A stretch of DNA of 64,000 bases, from NCBI GenBank assembly GCA_037440085.1, contig JBBIUT010000002.1:7337-71336 (forward strand), in the 5' to 3' direction. The notes beneath the pieces were generated by a model. The model was given only the letters and a program-made list of their open reading frames with translations, ran no database searches and was not told where the DNA came from. The DNA is from Gammaproteobacteria bacterium. GTDB taxonomy: Bacteria > Pseudomonadota > Gammaproteobacteria > Steroidobacterales > Steroidobacteraceae. Below are positions 18,112 to 26,821 of the stretch, piece by piece. The translations under genes were made by a program, and so were the position numbers. Positions within the stretch are counted from its first letter, which is position 1. Every line of letters starts with the position of its first letter.

Positions 18112-20706
18112 ATGAACAGAATTTCCAGGTGGGCGACGGCGCTGGCACTAGCGTTGGCCGGGCCGATGGCGGTGCAAGCGCAATCCGCCCTGCAGGCGGT
18201 GCTTCAGCGCGGATACGACGCCAGCGTTTCGGGCGCGAATCTCTCCGAGACCACGCTCAATGCGTCCAATGTCGGCCCCACTACGTTCGGCCTGCTGTTC
18301 AAGCTCCCCGTCGATGAACGAATCTATGCGCAGCCGCTCTACGTGCCCAATGTCGCCATCCCCAACCTGGGTTCGCACAACGTCCTGTACGTCGCGACCA
18401 TGAACGACACCCTGTACGCCTTCGACGCCGACGCGGGCGGCGCTCCCTTATGGTCGGTGAATCTCGCCGGCTTGTTTGGCACGACGGCACCGATATGGGC
18501 GGACTTTGCGATCCCCCCCAATAACCCTGCCGGCCACCTCGGCATCTTGAGCACCCCGGTCATCGATCCGGCCACAAATATCATGTACATCGTCGCGTGC
18601 ACGCTGGAAAACGCCGCGATGGCCTACCGGCTGCATGCCATCGACATCACCACCGGCTCGGAGCCCTACGGTCCCGGCGTGCTGATCACCGGCAGCAACA
18701 GCGTCATCACGTTGAACCCGCACTACATGGTGCAGCGCATGTCGCTGGTACTGGCAGCCGACCAGGTCGTTTTTGGCTTTGGCGCGATGCAGGTAGAGCA
18801 CCCCCTCAACTACGTCGGCTGGGTGATGGCCTACGACAAGCGCACCCTGCAGCAGAGCGGCGTCTTCGCCCCGGTGATCACCGGCAACCTGCAGGGTGGG
18901 ATTTGGCAATCCGGCCGGCCGCCGGCCGTCGATGGCTCGGGCCACGTCTACGTCTTCACGGGCAACACGGCGACTGGCGGCTGGAACGGCACGACCGACT
19001 TCAGCGAAAGCGTGTTGAATCTCGATCCCACGCATGGCCTCAGTTTATTCGACTGGTTCACGGCCGGTAACTGGCAATACCTCGACGACAACGACTTCGA
19101 TCTCGGCAGTTCCGGACCGCTGCTGATCCCGGGGACGAGCCTGCTCACCGGCGGCGGCAAGACGGGTGATTTGTACGTGCTTGATACCGTGAAACTCGGT
19201 CAGGTCGCCGACGACAGCCAGGCCAAACAAAAAATAAACATCACCGCGGGGGGGCAGATTCATGGCGGGCCCGTGTACTGGGCGGGGTCTGCGGCCACCG
19301 GCGGTCCCCTGCTCTATGACTGGGGCGCAGGCGATGTCGTCAAGGCCTTTGCGTTCAACGGCAGGACCTTCGCGGCCAGCCCCAGCGCGCAGGGCACGTA
19401 CAGCGCGGTAATGCCCGGGGGAATTCTCGCCGTGTCCGCCAACGGCAACGTACAGGGCAGCGGTGTGCTCTGGGCCAGTACCGCAGGGAACTCGGGGGCC
19501 AGTCCGCCGGTGCCGCCCGCGCTGCGCGCCTTCGATGCCGAGAATATCTCGAATGAACTGTGGAACTCCACGATGAACGCAGCGCGCGACGGATTCGGCA
19601 ATGTCGGGCACTTCGTGCCGCCGATGGTCGCCAATGGCAAGGTCTATATGGCGACGGCGTCCAATCAGGTGGCGGTCTACGGACTATTTCCGACCTACAC
19701 GGCGTCGCCGGCCTCTTTGGCGTTTGGCAGCCAGACGACGAACGTGGCGAGTCAGCCCATGTCGGTCACGGTGACCAACACCGCCGCGGTGGCGCTGCCG
19801 ATCACGAGCGTTACATTCTCGGGTGCGAATGCACTCCAGTTCCGGCAGACCAATACCTGCGGAACCTCGGTCGCGGTCGCAGGGACTTGCACCATCAGCG
19901 TGGTGTTCAAGCCGACCGCCATTGGATCGGCCACGGCGACGCTCGCCGTGAATGCCGGCCAAGGTGCCGGGACGCAGAGCGTGGCGCTCAGCGGGACCGG
20001 AGTCGTGCCGGCCTACACGGCGTCGCCGACGGCGGTGGCGTTTGGCGATCAGTTGACGAACGTGGCGAGCACGCCCAAGTCCGTTTCGGTGACGAACACC
20101 GCCGCGGTGGCCCTGCCGATCATCAGCATCAGCGTCTCGAGCGCGGGCTCTCAGCCGTTCTCGCAGACCAATACCTGCGGCACGCCGGTCGCGGTCGCAG
20201 GGAAATGCACGATCAGCGTGGTGTTCAATCCGGCCTCCGCGGGTCCGGCCACGGCGACGCTGAGCGTGAATGCCGGCAATGGCGCCGGCACGCAGACCGT
20301 GGCGCTCGGCGGAACCGGTATCGTGCCGACCGTCACGCTGGCGGCCGCACCAACCTCCATTACCGTCGGGAACTCCGCAACCTTGACCTGGACCTCATCA
20401 AATGCGGCCACCTGTCTGGCCGGCGGCGGGCAGTCCGGCGACGGATGGGCAGGCGGTAAATCGGCCAACGGCACGGCAACGGTGACGCCGAGTGCTGCGG
20501 GAACGATAACCTACACGATGACTTGCTGGTCCGGACCCAACTCTGTCCAGGCCATCGCGCGGGTCGTCGCAACCAGTCCACCACCCTCCGGCGGCAGCAG
20601 CGGCTCCGGCAATGGGGGGGGCGCGCTTGATTTGCTTGCGTTGCTGTCGCTGCTGACTTTGATTGGATTGCGACAACGACGCGAATCGATGCGCGGTCCC
20701 GAGTAA
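18112..20706 (+). CDS. Secreted PQQ-like beta-propeller protein with tandem Ig-like (choice-of-anchor-D-like) domains and GlyGly-CTERM-like tail
   Basis: Signal peptide is MNRISRWATALALALAGPMAVQA. The ~520-aa N-terminal region has propeller-like repeats (VYVATMNDTLYAFDAD, GKVYMATASNQVAVYG). Two 106-aa repeats and a third Ig-like domain follow. The C-terminus is GGGALDLLALLSLLTLIGLRQRR. Confidence 0.7.
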   Translation: MNRISRWATALALALAGPMAVQAQSALQAVLQRGYDASVSGANLSETTLNASNVGPTTFGLLFKLPVDERIYAQPLYVPNVAIPNLGSHNVLYVATMNDTLYAFDADAGGAPLWSVNLAGLFGTTAPIWADFAIPPNNPAGHLGILSTPVIDPATNIMYIVACTLENAAMAYRLHAIDITTGSEPYGPGVLITGSNSVITLNPHYMVQRMSLVLAADQVVFGFGAMQVEHPLNYVGWVMAYDKRTLQQSGVFAPVITGNLQGGIWQSGRPPAVDGSGHVYVFTGNTATGGWNGTTDFSESVLNLDPTHGLSLFDWFTAGNWQYLDDNDFDLGSSGPLLIPGTSLLTGGGKTGDLYVLDTVKLGQVADDSQAKQKINITAGGQIHGGPVYWAGSAATGGPLLYDWGAGDVVKAFAFNGRTFAASPSAQGTYSAVMPGGILAVSANGNVQGSGVLWASTAGNSGASPPVPPALRAFDAENISNELWNSTMNAARDGFGNVGHFVPPMVANGKVYMATASNQVAVYGLFPTYTASPASLAFGSQTTNVASQPMSVTVTNTAAVALPITSVTFSGANALQFRQTNTCGTSVAVAGTCTISVVFKPTAIGSATATLAVNAGQGAGTQSVALSGTGVVPAYTASPTAVAFGDQLTNVASTPKSVSVTNTAAVALPIISISVSSAGSQPFSQTNTCGTPVAVAGKCTISVVFNPASAGPATATLSVNAGNGAGTQTVALGGTGIVPTVTLAAAPTSITVGNSATLTWTSSNAATCLAGGGQSGDGWAGGKSANGTATVTPSAAGTITYTMTCWSGPNSVQAIARVVATSPPPSGGSSGSGNGGGALDLLALLSLLTLIGLRQRRESMRGPE
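19694..20329 (+). repeat. Tandem 318-bp intragenic duplication (2 copies) encoding the two 106-aa Ig-like domains
   Basis: The copies start at 19694 and 20012. They share long identical runs in the same order: CCTACACGGCGTCGCC, ACGAACGTGGCGAG, ACCGCCGCGGTGGC, CAGACCAATACCTGCGG, GGTCGCGGTCGCAGGGA, ATCAGCGTGGTGTTCAA, GGCCACGGCGACGCT and GTGAATGCCGGC. Confidence 0.85.
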
Positions 20707-20937
20707 CGAAAAGGCGTTGAACGGCGCTCGCGTCGATTGCGATCGGAGCGAGCTGCACGACCGGCGTGAATTCCGGATTTACCTCACGCGTTCCCGGTCC
20801 ATGGGGCCATTGGCTTGCCCCGCATCCGTTACGCGCGTTGAATGCGAATTTCTAATTCGCGGGGCACGCCATCATAATGGATGCCGCCCGGCAGGGCATG
20901 CCGCAGCAAGAATGGAGCATTGGACGATGAGAACGCC

Positions 20938-21450
20938 ATGAGAAACGTATCGGCCATAATCAAAGAAGAGTTTCTGGCGATACTTCCGCCAACCACTTTC
21001 TTTTTCGTCGCTTTGCACCTCGTCGCATTGGTTCGCGCGTTGATGATCAAGGCAGCGGGAATCGCACCGCTATCGACAATTTCGATCGCAGTGTCGGCAC
21101 TTATCCTTGGCAAGGCGGTATTGATCGCGGACATGCTGCCCGTCATCAATCGCTATCCGGATAAACCGCTGATCTACAATGTGGCCTGGAAGACCGGGAT
21201 CTACCTGTTGGTCTCCCTATTCATTCATTACCTGGAACGGCTCTATGATTTCTCGCGTCAGGCGGGCGGACTGATCGCGGGAAATGACAAACTGCTCGCG
21301 GAAATCGTATGGCCGCACTTCTGGGCGGTCCAGATCGTGCTATTCATCATGGTCCTCACGTATTGCACGACCCGCGAACTGGTGCGAGTGCTCGGCAAGG
21401 AACGCGCTATGCGGATGTTCTTCGGGCCGCTCCCGCTGCCGGTGATTTAA
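20938..21450 (+). CDS. Hypothetical 4-TM membrane protein
   Basis: 170 aa from ATG 20938, with about four hydrophobic helices and no recognisable family. It is AT-richer than the core genes. Confidence 0.55.
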   Translation: MRNVSAIIKEEFLAILPPTTFFFVALHLVALVRALMIKAAGIAPLSTISIAVSALILGKAVLIADMLPVINRYPDKPLIYNVAWKTGIYLLVSLFIHYLERLYDFSRQAGGLIAGNDKLLAEIVWPHFWAVQIVLFIMVLTYCTTRELVRVLGKERAMRMFFGPLPLPVI

Positions 21451-21639
21451 GCTGGCGTCGGGTCCGTGCCGATCTTCATCAAAGATTCCACTGGCAACCC
21501 GCGCCGCTACCGGCCGTCGCGGGCTACGGTTGCCTGCCGCTGTTTGCTGCGCATGACCTTGCCGTACTCGGCGAGTTCGCGCTTGTACTGCACATAGAAG
21601 TGCTGGTCACCGCGCGCATCGAGGATGCCGCGCCAGTCG

Positions 21640-22443
21640 CTACTCGCCCGAAAACTGCGGCGCGCGTTTGGCGCGGAATGCCAGCACGCCCTCCGCGAAA
21701 TCCCGCGTGTCGGCCAGCTGCGCCTGCGCCACGGCCTCGAGCGCCAGCTGATCGGAAAGCGTGGGCGCGGGCTGCTGATTGAATATTTTCTTGATGTGTT
21801 TGAAGGCCTGGGTCGGGCCGGCCGCGAATCGGCGGGCCATGATCGAGGCTTGATTGAGCAAGGCGTCATCCTCGACGCACGCCCAAATTAGCCCCCATTG
21901 CACCGCATCCGCCGCCGTGAGTGCATCGCCGAGCAGCGTCAAGCCCTTCGCGCGGGCCGTGCCGACGAGACGCGGCAGATGAAAAGTGCTGCCGAGATCG
22001 GGCATCAAGCCGAGTTTCGGTGCAAACAGCTGTAGAAAGGTGGCCGAGCGCGCCGCCAGCACGATGTCGCCGGCCAGGGCAAGGCTCATTCCGGCTCCCG
22101 CCGCAACGCCGTTGACCGCCACCACCACGGGCACGGATAAGTCGCACCAGGCACTGACCATCGGGTTGAAGTGCCGGCGCATGCTTGCGCCGATATTCTC
22201 CCCGAGACTGCCGTGCGAAGCCTCGAGAAAATCGTCCCGCATGAGATCGGCGCCGGAGCTGAACGCTCGTCCGGCCCCCGTGAGCAAAACGGCGCGAATT
22301 TGCGGATCCGCTTCGATGGCCGCGGCGGCGGCGCGCAAATCCTCGACCAACTGCAGGCTGAGAGCGTTCAACCGGTCGGGCCGGTTGAGCGTGACATGGG
22401 CGACACGTTCGCGCCGCTCGAACAACAGGGTTGCAAACTCCAT
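21640..22443 (-). CDS. Enoyl-CoA hydratase/isomerase family protein
   Basis: Crotonase-fold sequence (VTLNRPDRLNAL, GAGRAFSSGADL). The start is taken at MEFATLLFERR. Confidence 0.85.
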   Translation of the reverse strand: MEFATLLFERRERVAHVTLNRPDRLNALSLQLVEDLRAAAAAIEADPQIRAVLLTGAGRAFSSGADLMRDDFLEASHGSLGENIGASMRRHFNPMVSAWCDLSVPVVVAVNGVAAGAGMSLALAGDIVLAARSATFLQLFAPKLGLMPDLGSTFHLPRLVGTARAKGLTLLGDALTAADAVQWGLIWACVEDDALLNQASIMARRFAAGPTQAFKHIKKIFNQQPAPTLSDQLALEAVAQAQLADTRDFAEGVLAFRAKRAPQFSGE

Positions 22444-22512
22444 GATGCCGCCAGTGTACCGCACGGCGCGGTCAGTCATAATGACGCGTCATTCGATTTG
22501 AGAGCTCGTCAA

Positions 22513-23499
22513 ATGCCAGTTCCCGCCGTACTCAAAGGCCATCTGCGCTTACCGGTCATTGGCGCGCCCATGTTCATCGTATCCACCCCCGGCCTGGTGC
22601 TGGCGCAGTGCAAGGCGGGAGTCGTCGGCTCGTTTCCGGCGTTGAATGCCCGGCCGGCCTCGCAACTCGATGAGTGGTTGGCACGGATCACCGAAGAGCT
22701 GGCCACATACCGGCGGGCGAACCCCGGAGTCTCGGTCGCGCCATACGCCGTAAACCAGATCGTGCATGCCAGCAACGACCGGCTGGAGCATGACGTCGGT
22801 TTGTGCGTCAAATACCGGGTACCGATCGTCATAACCAGCCTGCGGCCGCCGGCCGAAGTGGTTGCCGCCGTGCACGGTTACGGAGGCATCGTGTTTCACG
22901 ACGTGATCAATCTGCGGCACGCCGAGAAGGCCGCGGCGCAGGGCGTCGACGGGATCATCGCGGTGTGCGCCGGCGCCGGCGGCCATGCCGGCGTGCTGAG
23001 CCCGTTCGCGCTGGTGAAGCAAATCCGCGGAATCTATCCCGGTGCCATTATTTTGTCGGGAGCCATGAGCACCGGCGCCGATGTGCTCGCGGCGCAAGCG
23101 CTCGGCGCGGATCTCGCGTATCTCGGCACGCGCTTCATCGCCACCCGGGAGGCGAATGCGAGCCCGGCCTACCAGCAGATGCTGATCGAATCCCGGGCCG
23201 AGGACATCGTCTACACGTCCTTGTTCAGCGGCGTTGCCGGCAACTATTTGCGCGGCAGCGTCCTGAAGACCGGCATGGATCCGGACAACCTGCCGCAGGC
23301 GGACAAGACCAAGATGAATTTCGGCACCGGCGGAAATAGCGAACTCAAGGCCTGGAAGGATATCTGGAGCGCCGGGCAGAGCGTCAGCGGCATTCACGAT
23401 GTGCCGACGGTGGCGGCGCTGGTGGAGCGAATGATTGGCGAGTACCGGGCGGCGCGGGCGTACCTCGACAGCGCCTCGGCCGACTATACCCGAGCATGA
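22513..23499 (+). CDS. Nitronate monooxygenase (2-nitropropane dioxygenase-like, FMN TIM barrel)
   Basis: Motifs IGAPMFIVS, GAGGHAG and GADLAYLGTRF are present. ATG 22513 is in frame inside the longer ORF 22171-23499. Confidence 0.85.
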   Translation: MPVPAVLKGHLRLPVIGAPMFIVSTPGLVLAQCKAGVVGSFPALNARPASQLDEWLARITEELATYRRANPGVSVAPYAVNQIVHASNDRLEHDVGLCVKYRVPIVITSLRPPAEVVAAVHGYGGIVFHDVINLRHAEKAAAQGVDGIIAVCAGAGGHAGVLSPFALVKQIRGIYPGAIILSGAMSTGADVLAAQALGADLAYLGTRFIATREANASPAYQQMLIESRAEDIVYTSLFSGVAGNYLRGSVLKTGMDPDNLPQADKTKMNFGTGGNSELKAWKDIWSAGQSVSGIHDVPTVAALVERMIGEYRAARAYLDSASADYTRA

Positions 23500-23509
23500 G
23501 GCGCCGCAA

Positions 23510-24532
23510 TTGCGCTTGAACTCCGATCAGTTGCCGGCCGCGTTGAGTCGCGGTCTTGCCCCCGTCTACCTCGTATCCGGCGATGAGCCGCTCTTGGTCG
23601 GCGAGACGGCGGATGCCGTTCGAGCGGCCTCGCGGGCGTCCGGATACCTCGACCGCGCGGTGTTCTTCATCGACCGCAGCTTCGACTGGAACGAATTGCG
23701 CCATGCGACCCAGGCGCTGTCCTTATTCGCCGAGCGCCGCCTTTTCGAATTGCGGATGCCGAGCGGCAAGCCCGATAAGGGCGCGGCGCAGTTGGCCGAA
23801 CTCGCGACGAATCCGCCACCCGACGCGATCTGTTTGATCATCACCGACAAACTCGACCGCAAGGCGAGCGAGGCGCCGTGGGTACGCGCCATCGAACGTC
23901 ACGGGGTGTGGATTCCGATTTGGCCGGTGGATACCGCGGCGCTGCCGGCCTGGCTGCGCGGCCGTGCCCGATTTCTCAAGGTGGAATTGCAGCCGGCCGC
24001 CGCGCAGCTCATCGTCGATCGCGTCGAGGGGAATTTGCTCGCCGCGAAGCAGGAACTCGAGAAATTGGCGCTGCTCGCCAACGGCAAACCGATAGACGAT
24101 GAGTTGGTGTTGCGGGCGGTCGGCGACAGTGCCCGCTACGATGTGTTTCAGCTCGCGCAAGCGGCGGCGGCGGGCGACGCCCGGCGCGCGATGCGCGTGC
24201 TCATGGGCCTGAAGAGCGAGGGAGTGGAGCCGACACTCATCTTGTGGGCGCTGGTGCGCGAGCTGCGCGGGCTGTGGCAGGCCCGCGAACGAGCCCGCCT
24301 GCGCTCGCATACCGCAGGGGCGGGCTGGAATCAGGCGGCCAAACCGTCGGAGCGCGCGTTGTCGCGAATCGGTTCGATGCCGCTGGCACGGCTGCTGCGG
24401 CAAGCCGGCCATACGGACCGCATCATCAAGGGCCTGGCACGCGGCGATGCCTGGACCGCAATCATCGGTTTGACCGCATCCATGGCGGGCGCTTTGCAAG
24501 CGTCTCAAGAATCAGGCAGGGTAGCCTCATGA
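23510..24532 (+). CDS. holA: DNA polymerase III delta subunit
   Basis: HolA-like sequence (LAPVYLVSGDEPLL, LSLFAERRLFELR). The start is inferred at TTG 23510 (MRLNSDQL), 11 nt after the NMO stop. The ORF is open from 23435. Confidence 0.8.
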   Translation: MRLNSDQLPAALSRGLAPVYLVSGDEPLLVGETADAVRAASRASGYLDRAVFFIDRSFDWNELRHATQALSLFAERRLFELRMPSGKPDKGAAQLAELATNPPPDAICLIITDKLDRKASEAPWVRAIERHGVWIPIWPVDTAALPAWLRGRARFLKVELQPAAAQLIVDRVEGNLLAAKQELEKLALLANGKPIDDELVLRAVGDSARYDVFQLAQAAAAGDARRAMRVLMGLKSEGVEPTLILWALVRELRGLWQARERARLRSHTAGAGWNQAAKPSERALSRIGSMPLARLLRQAGHTDRIIKGLARGDAWTAIIGLTASMAGALQASQESGRVAS

Positions 24533-25176
24533 ATCCGATGGGCATCTTCGGCGGGACCTTCGATCCCATCCATTACGCGCACCTGCGCACCGCGTTCGAG
24601 TTGCAGCAGGCCTTGCGCCTGAAGGAAATACGGTTTCTGCCCGCGGGCAATCCGCCGCATCGCGACCAGCCGGTCGCCGATGCGCAGTTGCGGCTGAATA
24701 TGGTGGAGTTGGCCACCGCCGACCAGCCGGGTTTCGTGGTCGACGATCGCGAAGTGCGCAAGCAGGGGCCCTCATATTCCGTCGAGACCTTGAGCGAACT
24801 GCGCCACGAGTACCCCGACCGCAGCCTATGTCTCATCGTGGGCATGGATGCCTTCCTGAGCTTGACCAAATGGCATCAATGGCGCGAATTGCTGCAGCTC
24901 GCCCATCTGGTGGTGGCACACCGGCCGGGGTGGCGAGCTCCGGGGATGGGACCATTGGGCGAACTATTGGTCGATCGCGGCACCGGCCGCATCGGCGACC
25001 TGCATGAACAGCGTGCCGGCTGCATCTTCATCCACGCCGTGACGCAACTCGAGATCTCCTCCACGGAAGTGCGGCACCTGATCGCAATGGGGAGGGATCC
25101 GCGCTTCCTCATGCCGGATTCAGTGCGTAAACTGATCCTGGAAAGCCATTGTTACTCCAAACCACGGACGCCGTAG
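24529..25176 (+). CDS. nadD: Nicotinate-nucleotide adenylyltransferase
   Basis: GGTFDPIHYAHL (HxGH-type motif) is present. Its ATG overlaps the holA stop (ATGA). Confidence 0.9.
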   Translation: MNPMGIFGGTFDPIHYAHLRTAFELQQALRLKEIRFLPAGNPPHRDQPVADAQLRLNMVELATADQPGFVVDDREVRKQGPSYSVETLSELRHEYPDRSLCLIVGMDAFLSLTKWHQWRELLQLAHLVVAHRPGWRAPGMGPLGELLVDRGTGRIGDLHEQRAGCIFIHAVTQLEISSTEVRHLIAMGRDPRFLMPDSVRKLILESHCYSKPRTP

Positions 25177-25679
25177 TGCCAGCCAAGAAAAGACTCCTTC
25201 CAGCCAAGCCCACGATCAAAAGACCCAAGGCCGGTGCGCAGGCCCGCAAGCCTAAACCCGCCGCCAAGCTGCAATCCACCGGTGCGCCCAAGTCCGCCGG
25301 TTCGCCCAAGCCCGCCGCCAAGCCGAATCCCGCCGCCAAGGGGTCTCTAAAATCCGTGATACTCGACGCCTTGGCCGACATGAAGGCGCTGGAAGTCAGG
25401 GTATTGGACGTACGGGGCATCACCGATATCGCGGATTTCATGGTGATCGCAAGCGGCACCTCCGATCGGCACGTGCGTTCCGTGGCGCAGCGCGTGGTCG
25501 AGAAGACCAAAGCGGCGGGTTTCCGGCCGCACGGCGTGGAAGGTCAACAGGATGGTGATTGGGTGCTCATCGATTTGCACGAGATGATCGTGCATGTCAT
25601 GTTGCCGCGCGTGCGCGAGTTCTACGGACTCGAGAAATTGTGGGACACGTGGGCGACGAAGCGTGCGGCCCACGCCTGA
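25149..25679 (+). CDS. rsfS: Ribosome silencing factor RsfS with Lys/Pro/Ala-rich N-terminal extension
   Basis: The C-terminal ~110 aa match the RsfS/iojap core (DFMVIASGTSDRHV, DWVLIDLHEMIVHVM). The N-terminal ~60 aa contain three KPAAK units. The start may be ATG 25149 or GTG 25176. Confidence 0.8.
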   Translation: MLLQTTDAVVPAKKRLLPAKPTIKRPKAGAQARKPKPAAKLQSTGAPKSAGSPKPAAKPNPAAKGSLKSVILDALADMKALEVRVLDVRGITDIADFMVIASGTSDRHVRSVAQRVVEKTKAAGFRPHGVEGQQDGDWVLIDLHEMIVHVMLPRVREFYGLEKLWDTWATKRAAHA

Positions 25680-25697
25680 AATTTCGGCGAAATTCGC

Positions 25698-26168
25698 ATG
25701 AAATGCCGGCTGATCGCGGTCGGCACCCGGTTACCCGAATGGGTAAACGAGGGGTTTCGCGAATACCAAAAGCGGCTGCGCGCGCCCCTGGTTCTGGAAC
25801 TTTCGGAGATTCCTCTCGGCGCGCGGCGCGCCGGCGAGGACCCTAAGCGCGCGATTGCGCGCGAGGGCTCGAATATGCTGGGTGCGGTGGGCCCGAACGA
25901 CTACGTCGTCGCGCTGGAAATCACGGGTCGGTCCATGACGACCGAGGAACTCAGTGCCTGGCTGTCGCTGCGTCTGCGTGAGGCGAGGCCGCTGGCCCTG
26001 CTGATCGGCGGTCCGGACGGCCTGGCGCCGGAATGCCGGCAGCGCGCCGACCAGAGCTGGTCGCTTTCGCCGCTCACCCTGCCGCATGCGCTGGCGCGGG
26101 TGGTGGTGGCCGAGCAGATCTATCGCGCGATGAGCATCTCGGCGCGCCACCCGTATCACCGCGCCTAA
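25698..26168 (+). CDS. rlmH: 23S rRNA (pseudouridine1915-N3)-methyltransferase
   Basis: 156 aa SPOUT-family protein in the conserved position after rsfS. Confidence 0.9.
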   Translation: MKCRLIAVGTRLPEWVNEGFREYQKRLRAPLVLELSEIPLGARRAGEDPKRAIAREGSNMLGAVGPNDYVVALEITGRSMTTEELSAWLSLRLREARPLALLIGGPDGLAPECRQRADQSWSLSPLTLPHALARVVVAEQIYRAMSISARHPYHRA

Positions 26169-26197
26169 AGCGGCGCAAGACCGGTATCCTTAAGCGC

Positions 26198-26821
26198 ATG
26201 CGCCCGGATTTTGTTTATCTTGCTTCCGCCTCGCCCCGCCGGCACCAGCTCCTTAAGCAAATAGGCGTGCCTTTTCAGGTACTTAACGTGGAGGTCGACG
26301 AGTCGGCCGGCGCCGGGGAGGTGCCGTTCGATTATGTGACGAGGCTCGCCGCCGCCAAGGCCGGGGCGGGCCTGCGCCAAAGCGACGCGCGGGTGTCATT
26401 TTCCCGGCCGGTGCTCGCCGCGGACACGGCGGTGGTCATCGATGGCGAGATTCTCGGCAAACCGCTCGATGGCGAGGATGCGCAGCGCATGTTGCGGCTG
26501 CTGTCGGGCCGCACTCACGAGGTGCTGACCGCCGTCGCACTGGCGACGGCAAACGGGTTTGCATCGCGCGTCAGCCGCAGCGAGGTCACATTTCGCTCGA
26601 TCGGCTCGGCTGAGGCGCGCGACTACTGGGAAACCGGGGAGCCACGCGACAAGGCGGGCGGATACGCCATTCAGGGCTATGGCGCGGTGTTCGTTGCGGA
26701 CATGCGCGGCAGCTATTCGGGCGTCATGGGACTGCCGCTGTACGAAACCGCGGAGTGTCTACGGTCGGCCGGCGTTTCGCTGTGGAAACCCGGCACGGTT
26801 GGCGGTGACGATGAGCACTGA
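26198..26821 (+). CDS. maf: Maf-like nucleoside triphosphate pyrophosphatase
   Basis: Motifs LASASPRR and GGYAIQG are present. It lies upstream of rng, as in other gammaproteobacteria. Confidence 0.9.
   Translation: MRPDFVYLASASPRRHQLLKQIGVPFQVLNVEVDESAGAGEVPFDYVTRLAAAKAGAGLRQSDARVSFSRPVLAADTAVVIDGEILGKPLDGEDAQRMLRLLSGRTHEVLTAVALATANGFASRVSRSEVTFRSIGSAEARDYWETGEPRDKAGGYAIQGYGAVFVADMRGSYSGVMGLPLYETAECLRSAGVSLWKPGTVGGDDEH

Noticed and set aside
21507-21869. A full 120-aa minus-strand ORF from the track, considered as an intact gene.
   Set aside because: Its 5' two-thirds overlap the enoyl-CoA hydratase 3' end out of frame and are Arg/Pro/Ser-rich. Only the last ~45 codons look coding, and these are reported separately as a probable relic.
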